Shown here in pieces: positions 1 through 5,133 of a stretch of DNA of 5,133 bases. How positions within the stretch are numbered: position 1 is the stretch's first letter; the number at the start of each line of letters is the position of its first letter. The stretch is taken from positions 1 through 5,133 of the IMG/VR virus record IMGVR_UViG_2671180727_000008. The stretch is one strand, 5' to 3'. Made by a program: the position numbers and the translations under genes. Source of the stretch: a virus. Lineage: Duplodnaviria > Heunggongvirae > Uroviricota > Caudoviricetes. The notes below the pieces were generated by a model, which ran no database searches, was not told the origin of the DNA, and was given only the letters and a program-made list of their open reading frames with translations.

Positions 1-74
1 CGTGTACGCCGCAATGCACGGGATGGTCGCTATAAGCTGATTGGTTGATGAAATTAGGGCCCGCTCTGGCTGGC

Positions 75-271
75 GGGTCCTTTCCGGTGATCCAGAACGT
101 TACGGGGCGTCAGGCGCGCAGTTTTTCGCTATTTGTGAAAATTTTCCGGTTTAAGGCGTTTCCGTTCTTCTTCGTCGTAACTTAATGTTTTTATTTAAAA
201 TACCCCCTGAAAAGAAAGGAAATGACAGGCGCTGAAAACGGGCTTTTTGGCCTCTGCCGTTTCCTTTCTCT
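75..271 (+). other. cos: Phage cohesive-end packaging site (cos): right-end sequence, cosN-like nick region (about 96-120) and cosB with three R-type repeats (R3 157-170, inverted R2 about 213-226, R1 257-270) flanking an AT-rich, IHF-site-like spacer (171-210)
   Basis: Near-identical, by eye, to the lambda right-end/left-end junction as I recall it: '...ccggtgatcc-gttacg|gggcg...' followed by 'ttttcgctattt(g)tgaaaattttccggtttaaggcgtttccgttcttcttcgtc(g)taacttaatgtttttatttaaaatacc...gaaaagaaaggaaa(t)gacagg...ggctttttggcctctg(c)cgtttcctttctctg'. The repeat cgtttcc[g/t]ttct occurs twice directly and once inverted, which is the arrangement of the terminase small-subunit binding sites in lambda cosB. 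The 12-nt segment after 'gttacg' (104-115, gggcgtcaggcg) differs from the lambda cohesive end GGGCGGCGACCT, so this is a related but distinct cos. Similarity to lambda stops abruptly after 'cctttctctg' (about 271). Confidence 0.85.
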
Positions 272-772
272 GATTTTGTTGCTGTTTGTCACGGCCTATC
301 GCCAGAAAAAACTCTCATGCTTGCGTTGAAATCAGGCTCTACACTAAAGTAGTCGATAACGCGCCACTGGCTTCACTTTATGGTCGTGGCCTACTTCTGC
401 ACTATCGCAACAGCCTTACGAGTCCTGCTGGTAAGCTGTTGAGTAAGCAGAATACGGATTACAGGGCATCCTATGCGTATTGTGGTGGATCGAACACAAC
501 CGCTCAGGTGAAACCCGTTTCGTTACTATTATAGGAAAATCTTCATACCCAACTTGCTTGATAACTTCTTCTGGTTGTTTTAACCATGTAGAGATGATAT
601 TTCCCTGAAAAATTGCTTTCCCTCTGACTAGATGCGCATACCACATTTTGTCTTCGACATAGAACCGCGCAGAAATGATTACTCCACAGATACGGTTCTT
701 TCGTCAATTCATTATGGGATGGGCTCAAAAGGGAGAGCTCAACAATAAAGTTCTGGTAGGATAATTGTATGC

Positions 773-784
773 TTACAATTGTAA
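773..784. repeat. Perfect 12-bp palindrome TTACAATTGTAA in the AT-rich region upstream of the orphan gene; candidate operator
   Basis: Read directly: 773-784 ttacaattgtaa is its own reverse complement. The half-site-like 'aattgta' also occurs at 763-769. It lies about 190 bp upstream of the orphan CDS start. Confidence 0.45.
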
Positions 785-904
785 TGAAAGGAGAGTTAGA
801 GCCTGGTGTGATTCTGTGTGTAAAATTTTAGCAAATTACGTTTAATTAAGTGTCGTAACACACCATGCCTGTCAGATATTACACTTATCATAGAGTGTAT
901 GATA

Positions 905-934
905 TTGCTTTTCTAAACAATAAGCTGTTATATT
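905..934 (+). promoter_or_regulatory. Putative sigma70-type promoter for the orphan gene (-35 TTGCTT 905-910, 18-nt spacer, -10 TATATT 929-934)
   Basis: Hexamers read directly from sequence. The region is AT-rich, so such matches are frequent by chance; the position 40-70 bp upstream of the candidate start at 974 is suggestive only. Confidence 0.25.
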
Positions 935-973
935 TTATGGGTATTGTGTTTAATTTTTAATGACGGCTCTAAC

Positions 974-1909
974 ATGACCCCTGATGCAGTTTTGATTGCT
1001 AAAGCAATACTAATGTTGAAAGCAGATGTTGATTATACAAAAGATTATGTATTCCCTATTGCATTATCTTTTTTATCGGCGCTTATGGGAGGCTTAACTG
1101 CTTATTGCATCAATAATAGGCAAGAGAAGATTAAAATAGAAACGGAGAAATTTAATTCTGCTAATACGCTTATGATGGTTTCTTTTCAGATGATAAATAC
1201 ACTTGTGGGAATTAAAAGTAGTTATATTGGTTTGAGATCTAGAGATCCGATATTAAGAGCGCTGGCAATAAATGAATTTTTATTTAACGCCGGGGAGGTG
1301 AATTTCGATATTAGCCGTCTTTCATTTATAAAAAAGATACCCACAGCTAATAAATCTCTATTTGAGAGGTTTGTTTTTTTTATTAAGTACAAGATACTAA
1401 AACATGAACTTATTATGCCGTCAGATGAAGAAATTGGAAACTCATGGAGGAATATTGCTCGAATTGATGCTTTTTTGTTTAATTATAATTTTGTTTTGAA
1501 AAGTTTAGTTGTCAGGAATCAGCTTGATTCAGATTTAAAGAAACGTTTGTCTAATATTGCCAGTAAAGACAAGCCAGTGTTTGAAATTAAATTGGATGAA
1601 ATAAAGAAAGAAATTGGTGCTAGTGAGTTGTCAAAATATATTGATTTGACAGAAAGTATAGTGGCGTTGATCGATTATCTCATAATGGAAATTAATTCAT
1701 TTATTATGGAGTTCCCGAAGGTGGCGGAAAGTAATATTGAGTTATCTAAGGTGAATAAAGCTAAATTATCAACAATTGTTCTCAATAAGCCAGCATATTT
1801 GGCTGCATTGATTCCAATTCCACAACCTGACTTTGAATTAGTATCTTTACTAGTGGGTATGAGCCCAGAAGAAGCAAAGCAAAGATATTCGTATTCTGGT
1901 TGGCACTAG
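974..1909 (+). CDS. Hypothetical protein, 311 aa, with a predicted N-terminal transmembrane helix; orphan cargo (moron-like) gene, function unknown
   Basis: Long open frame (944..1909 in the ORF track) in DNA I estimate at roughly one-third G+C, where stops are frequent in non-coding frames, so a frame this long is unlikely by chance. The track start at 944 is TTG; the first ATG is 974, and another in-frame ATG is at 1013. No convincing Shine-Dalgarno precedes any of them, so the start is uncertain. The hydrophobic stretch YVFPIALSFLSALMGGLTAYCI (about residues 24-45 from 974) looks like one membrane-spanning helix, followed by a K/E/I/L/N-rich, probably helical, domain of about 265 aa. I see no Walker A, HxH, DxD or other catalytic motif. 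Same strand as the phage late genes. Confidence 0.75.
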   Translation: MTPDAVLIAKAILMLKADVDYTKDYVFPIALSFLSALMGGLTAYCINNRQEKIKIETEKFNSANTLMMVSFQMINTLVGIKSSYIGLRSRDPILRALAINEFLFNAGEVNFDISRLSFIKKIPTANKSLFERFVFFIKYKILKHELIMPSDEEIGNSWRNIARIDAFLFNYNFVLKSLVVRNQLDSDLKKRLSNIASKDKPVFEIKLDEIKKEIGASELSKYIDLTESIVALIDYLIMEINSFIMEFPKVAESNIELSKVNKAKLSTIVLNKPAYLAALIPIPQPDFELVSLLVGMSPEEAKQRYSYSGWH

Positions 1910-2038
1910 TAGATATAGTGACATACCTTTGCGAAGCGCTGTATTGCTACGTGTATTGCTTTTTAGCTGTGTTTTGATAGAGAGAGCCATTTATTTCATT
2001 AAAAATCATTCAGTTCCTTTCATATTTGACTCATGTAG

Positions 2039-2830
2039 CCGAAACACGAATTTAATTACCAGCAGGCGGTTGAGCGCCTTCCTGGTGAAGATCCGGCTCA
2101 ACTGAACGATCCGGCTTACCGCCGTCTGCGTATCATTACCGATAACCTCAAACAGGAAGAGCACGCGATTGTCCAGGTGGAAGAAATACAGGCGGTAAAT
2201 GCTGTGTTGTATGGCAAATATACGATGGAAGGAGACCAGTTCGAGAAAATTGAGGTCGATTTTGGCAGGTCGACGAAGAATAACATCACTCAGGGTAGTG
2301 GTAAGGAGTGGTCAAAACAGGATCGTGACACGTTCGATCCTACACATGATCTTGACCTCTACTGCGACCAGGCCAGCGGTCTTGTGAATATTGCCATTAT
2401 GGACGGTACCGTCTGGCGTCTTCTGAATGGTTTTAAGCTGTTCCGCGAAAAACTGGATACCCGTCGCGGTTCAAATTCTCAACTCGAAACGGCAGTGAAA
2501 GATCTGGGCGCAGTGGTGTCCTTCAAGGGGTATTACGGCGATCTGGCCATTGTGGTGGCGAAAACGTCTTATATAGCAGAAGACGGTATCGAAAAACGTT
2601 ATCTGCCGGAGGGCATGCTGGTTCTGGGGAATACTGCTGCAGATGGGATCCGTTGTTACGGTGCCATTCAGGATGCGCAGGCGTTGTCCGAAGGTGTGGT
2701 GGCCTCTTCCCGTTATCCGAAACACTGGCTGACGGTGGGGGATCCCGCCCGTGAATTTACCATGACGCAGTCCGCGCCGCTGATGGTGTTGCCGGACCCG
2801 GATGAGTTTGTGGTGGTACAGGTGAAATAA
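2039..2830 (+). pseudogene. E: Major capsid protein E, 5'-truncated (C-terminal about three-quarters only; no start codon or RBS at the junction)
   Basis: The frame opens right after an in-frame TAG at 2036-2038 and translates PKHEFNYQQAVERLPGEDPAQLNDPAYRRLRIITDNLKQEEHAIVQVEEIQAVNAVLYGKYTMEGDQFEKIEVDFGRS...TRRGSNSQLETAVKDLG...RYPKHWLTVGDPAREFTMTQSAPLMVLPDPDEFVVVQVK. This aligns by eye with lambda gpE from about residue 80 (..PKHEVNPQMTLRRLPDEDPQNLADPAYRRRRII..) to its C-terminus (..GDPAREFTMIQSAPLMLLADPDEFVSVQLA). The ORF track entry 2177..2830 is the same frame called from an internal GTG. The sequence upstream of 2036 is AT-rich and unrelated to the E N-terminus. Confidence 0.9.
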
Positions 2831-2837
2831 TCCGTGA

Positions 2838-2868
2838 GCGGGGGCGAAATGCCCCCGTGTCTTTTTTC
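2838..2868 (+). terminator. Rho-independent terminator-like hairpin (7-bp G/C stem cgggggc/gcccccg, 5-nt loop gaaat) followed by a T-tract, between E and FI
   Basis: Read directly: 2839-2845 cgggggc, loop 2846-2850 gaaat, 2851-2857 gcccccg (perfect complement), then tgtcttttttcac with a run of six T at 2862-2867. It sits 8 nt after the E stop codon (2828-2830). Confidence 0.6.
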
Positions 2869-2881
2869 ACAGGGGGCTGAT

Positions 2882-3256
2882 ATGGCAACGAAAGAGCAAA
2901 ATCTGAAACGGCTTGATGAACTGGCCCTGATTCTGGGGCGTGAGCCGGATATATCCGGGAGTGCCGCAGAGATAGCGCAGCGGGTGGCGGAATGGGAAGA
3001 GGAAATACAGTCATCCGGCGAGGATGTTCAGGTTGGGGATACGGTGATCCGGGAGCGGGAAACCGCGGCTCATGATGTTCGTGAGGATACATCCGGTGCG
3101 TTAACGCGCATCAGAGTTCTGACCTGCCTCCATCTCTGTGGCATTGATGGTGAAACAGGGGAATCCGTTGAGATTGCGGATGTTGGTCGGGTGATTCTGA
3201 TTATGTCCTCAGATGCAAAAACACACGTTGATGGCGGAATGGCTGTTTATGCGTGA
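2882..3256 (+). CDS. FI: DNA-packaging / head assembly protein FI (lambda gpFI homolog), 124 aa
   Basis: ATG at 2882 preceded by SD-like 'aggggg' (2871-2876). The N-terminal region MATKEQNLKRLDELALILGREPDISGSAAEIAQRVAEWEEEIQ resembles lambda FI (MTKDELIARLRSLGEQLNRDVSLTGTKEELALRVAELKEELDD, as recalled). Position immediately after E matches lambda gene order. The track ORF 2834..3256 starts from an upstream GTG that lies inside the terminator hairpin, so 2882 is preferred. Confidence 0.8.
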   Translation: MATKEQNLKRLDELALILGREPDISGSAAEIAQRVAEWEEEIQSSGEDVQVGDTVIRERETAAHDVREDTSGALTRIRVLTCLHLCGIDGETGESVEIADVGRVILIMSSDAKTHVDGGMAVYA

Positions 3257-3602
3257 TTTTCAGAATGCCTTTGATGCTGCCCTTGCCGGGGTGGACAGTA
3301 CGATTGTTGAAGTGATGGGGCTCTGTGCACAGTTCACCTCGGGGGCACAGTGTGGCGGAGAAGTTCAGGGGGTTTTTGACGATCCGGAGTCGCTGGGATT
3401 TGCCGGTAGCGGGGTCCGTATTGAAGGAAGCAGCCCGTCATTATTTGTGCGGACGGATACGGTTCGTGCTGTGCGGCGTGGTGACACGCTGACCATTAAT
3501 GGTGAGACGTTCTGGGTGGATCGTGTTTCTCCGGATGACGGGGGCAGCTGTTATCTCTGGCTCAACCGTGGGCAACCACCCGCCGTTAACCGGCGACGAT
3601 AA
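3249..3602 (+). CDS. FII: Head-tail joining / tail attachment protein FII (lambda gpFII homolog), 117 aa
   Basis: MRDFQNAFDAALAGVDSTIVEVMGLCAQFTSGAQCGGEVQGVFDDPESLGFAGSGVRIEGSSPSLFVRTDTVRAVRRGDTLTINGETFWVDRVSPDDGGSCYLWLNRGQPPAVNRRR aligns along its full length with lambda gpFII (MADFDNLFDAAIARADETIRG...GVFDDPENISYAGQGVRVEGSSPSLFVRTDEVRQLRRGDTLTI...FWVDRVSPDDGGSCHLWLGRGVPPAVNRRR). The start at 3249 is chosen by homology; the track ORF starts at an upstream in-frame ATG (3213). The start overlaps the FI stop (ATGCGTGA), suggesting translational coupling. Confidence 0.92.
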   Translation: MRDFQNAFDAALAGVDSTIVEVMGLCAQFTSGAQCGGEVQGVFDDPESLGFAGSGVRIEGSSPSLFVRTDTVRAVRRGDTLTINGETFWVDRVSPDDGGSCYLWLNRGQPPAVNRRR

Positions 3603-3617
3603 ACGCAGGGTGAAATT

Positions 3618-4151
3618 ATGGCGATAAAAGGGCTTGAGCAGGCGATTGATAATCTGAGCCGGGTTCGTAAAAACGCCATTCCGGCGGCTTCTGCAATGAC
3701 CATTAACCGCGTGGCCACAACGGCGATTAATCAGTCTTCATCACAGGTTGCCCGGGAAACCAGGGTGAGACGGAAACTGGTTAAGGAACGGTCCAGACTG
3801 AAACGGGCCACGGTCAGAAATCCGAATGCCAGAATTATCGTTAACCGCGGTGATCTCCCGGTGATTAAGCTGGGGATCAGGATGCCGGGGCGTCGTCCGG
3901 ACAGCATACTCAAAGCCGGTCAGCATCGTTATCAGCGGGCATTTATTCAGCGATTAAAAAATGGTCGCTGGCATGTCATGCAGCGTGTGGTCGGGAAAAA
4001 CCGTTACCCCATTGATGTGGTGAAAATCCCGATGGCGGCCCCACTGAAACAGGCGTTTGATGAGAATGTTGACCGTATCCGGCGTGAACGTCTGCCCGGA
4101 GAACTGGCATACGCGCTGAAACAACAACTGAGGATTGCGATAAAACGATGA
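3618..4151 (+). CDS. Z: Minor tail protein Z (lambda gpZ homolog), 177 aa
   Basis: MAIKGLEQAIDNLSRVRKNAIPAASAMTINRVATTAINQSSSQVARETRVRRKLVKERSRLKRATVRNPNARIIVNRGDLPVIKLG...AFIQRLKNGRWHVMQRVVGKNRYPIDVVKIPMAAPL...[25 protein letters not shown] closely matches lambda gpZ at both ends. A central segment (about residues 86-110) is shorter and divergent relative to lambda Z as I recall it. ATG at 3618 has SD-like 'gcagggtga' upstream. Confidence 0.9.
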   Translation: MAIKGLEQAIDNLSRVRKNAIPAASAMTINRVATTAINQSSSQVARETRVRRKLVKERSRLKRATVRNPNARIIVNRGDLPVIKLGIRMPGRRPDSILKAGQHRYQRAFIQRLKNGRWHVMQRVVGKNRYPIDVVKIPMAAPLKQAFDENVDRIRRERLPGELAYALKQQLRIAIKR

Positions 4152-4543
4152 AACATACTGATATCCGTGCTGCAGTGCTGGATGCACTGGAGCTGCATGA
4201 ACACGGGGCGACGCTGTTTGATGGTCGCCCCGTTGTTTTTGACGAAGAGGATTTTCCCGCGGTCGCGGTTTATCTGACGGATGCAGAGTATACCGGTGAA
4301 GAGCTGGATGCAGATACCTGGCGGGCCACACTGCATATTGAGGTGTTTTTACCAGCACAGGTACCGGATTCGGAGCTGGATTCGTGGATGGAAAGCCGGA
4401 TTTATCCGGCGATGACTGCGATCCCGGCACTGGCAGACCTGATTACCACGATGGTTACGCAGGGCTATGAGTATCGTCGTGATGACGATATGGCGTTATG
4501 GAGTTCTGCGGATCTGACTTATTCCATTACATACGAGATGTGA
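4148..4543 (+). CDS. U: Tail tube terminator protein U (lambda gpU homolog), 131 aa
   Basis: [131 protein letters not shown] is collinear with lambda gpU and the same length (131 aa). The start overlaps the Z stop (ATGA). Confidence 0.95.
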   Translation: MKHTDIRAAVLDALELHEHGATLFDGRPVVFDEEDFPAVAVYLTDAEYTGEELDADTWRATLHIEVFLPAQVPDSELDSWMESRIYPAMTAIPALADLITTMVTQGYEYRRDDDMALWSSADLTYSITYEM

Positions 4544-4550
4544 GGACGAT

Positions 4551-5133
4551 ATGTCAACACCAAATCCCCTTGAGCCGGTAAAAGGTGCCGGTACCACCCT
4601 GTGGGTTTATAACGGTCAGGGTGACGCCTATGCAAACCCGTTGTCAGACGATGACTGGCTGCGACTGGCTAAGGTGAAGGATCTGACGCCGGGCGAGATG
4701 ACGGCAGAACCCTACGATGATAACTACCTGGATGATGAAGACGCGGACTGGACCGCGACCGGGCAGGGGCAGAAGTCTGCAGGAGATACCAGTTTTACGC
4801 TGGCCTGGAAACCGGGAGAAGAAGGTCAGAAAGGGCTTATAGGCTGGTTTGAAAGCGGGGATGTGCGGGCCTATAAAATCCGTTTTCCGAACGGCACGGT
4901 GGATGTGTTTCGTGGCTGGGTCAGCAGTATCGGTAAGGCCGTGACGGCGAAAGAAGTGATCACCCGCACGGTGAAAGTGACCAACGTGGGCAAACCTTCT
5001 GTAGCGGAAGAACGCAGCAAAATTACGCCGGTCACTGCGATTAAGGTGACGCCGACATCCGGTACGGTGGCAAAAGGGAAAACAACCACCCTGACGGTTT
5101 CTTTTGAGCCGGAAAGTGCAACCGACAAGACGT
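4551..5133 (+). CDS. V: Major tail protein V (lambda gpV homolog), N-terminal 194 codons; CDS continues beyond the window end
   Basis: ATG at 4551 preceded by SD 'gagga' (4542-4546). The translation [86 protein letters not shown]...[44 protein letters not shown]... matches lambda gpV (..[123 protein letters not shown]..). It is missing from the ORF track only because there is no stop codon before the window ends. Confidence 0.95.
   Translation, partial: MSTPNPLEPVKGAGTTLWVYNGQGDAYANPLSDDDWLRLAKVKDLTPGEMTAEPYDDNYLDDEDADWTATGQGQKSAGDTSFTLAWKPGEEGQKGLIGWFESGDVRAYKIRFPNGTVDVFRGWVSSIGKAVTAKEVITRTVKVTNVGKPSVAEERSKITPVTAIKVTPTSGTVAKGKTTTLTVSFEPESATDKT

Noticed and set aside
470-520. 'ggtggatcgaacacaacc' region that briefly looked like a tRNA T-arm
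   Set aside because: Lacks the GTTC T-loop signature, and no acceptor stem or anticodon arm could be built by eye; not a tRNA.
286-534. + strand ORF of 82 aa (TTG start) in the moderate-GC block
   Set aside because: No ATG start near its 5' end, no RBS, and no resemblance to Nu1 or any protein I recognise. It overlaps an antisense ORF of similar quality. Treated as an unassigned open frame.
416-728. Two overlapping - strand ORFs (416..646, 76 aa; 543..728, 61 aa)
   Set aside because: Short, weak or absent RBS, mutually overlapping, no recognisable product. The 'WYAHL' at the start of the 76-aa ORF briefly recalled the tyrosine-recombinase 'RYAHL' region, but the flanking sequence does not look like an integrase catalytic domain. 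Kept only as a possible gene remnant in the findings.
1231-1250. Near-palindrome around the BglII-like site (agatctagagatc) inside the orphan CDS
   Set aside because: Not a perfect inverted repeat, and it lies inside a coding region; most likely incidental.
1884-1909. R-x6-H (RYSYSGWH) at the extreme C-terminus of the orphan protein, superficially like a HEPN Rx4-6H motif
   Set aside because: A single short pattern at the very C-terminus with no surrounding HEPN-like context is most likely coincidental. It cannot support a nuclease assignment without structural or profile evidence.
1947-2009. Tiny - strand ORF (20 aa, MIFNEINGSLYQNTAKKQYT) with a well-spaced AAGGA Shine-Dalgarno
   Set aside because: Such short frames with a chance SD are common in AT-rich DNA. 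No conservation or expression evidence is available, so not called.
2199-2387. + strand 62-aa ORF in an alternative frame inside E
   Set aside because: Fully embedded out of frame in a strongly homology-supported capsid coding region; a typical spurious frame.
2177-2830. ORF-track call of a 217-aa protein starting at GTG 2177
   Set aside because: Not an independent gene. It is the 3' part of the truncated E frame, which is open from 2039; the GTG is only the first start-like codon in that frame.
2834-2881. Upstream GTG (2834) and ATG (2849) as alternative FI starts
   Set aside because: Both lie within the terminator hairpin and lack an RBS. Homology to lambda FI and the 'aggggg' SD support ATG 2882.
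2471-3092. - strand ORFs 2471..2725 (84 aa) and 2757..3092 (111 aa), antisense to E and FI
   Set aside because: Antisense to coding regions with clear lambda homology. Pro/Arg/His-rich translations are typical of reverse frames of GC-rich genes.
3731-4430. - strand ORFs 3731..3913, 3741..3926, 3954..4430 and 4004..4336, antisense to Z and U
   Set aside because: All overlap strongly supported + strand tail genes and have low-complexity translations; antisense artefacts.
4871-5128. - strand 85-aa ORF antisense to V
   Set aside because: Embedded antisense in the major tail protein V coding region; spurious.

Overview
This window is a lambda-like (lambdoid) prophage segment in late-operon orientation on the + strand. 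From 5' to 3' it holds: (i) the phage right-end/cos region with a cosN-like nick region and three cosB R-type repeats (about 75-271); (ii) a foreign segment of about 1.76 kb (about 272-2038) sitting where the terminase, portal, protease/scaffold and decoration genes and the 5' part of the capsid gene would be; (iii) a 5'-truncated major capsid gene E (2039..2830); (iv) a hairpin plus T-tract terminator; (v) intact-looking FI, FII, Z and U and the first 194 codons of V, which runs off the window. The foreign segment has a moderate-GC block of unclear nature (about 272-730) and a strongly AT-rich block (about 730-2036) encoding one 311-aa orphan protein with a predicted N-terminal transmembrane helix (974..1909). 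That orphan gene is the best candidate for something undescribed, possibly a moron-type defence or superinfection-exclusion gene, but its function cannot be read from sequence alone. All homology calls are by-eye comparisons to lambda protein and DNA sequences recalled from memory; no database search or computation was run, and compositional statements are visual estimates.
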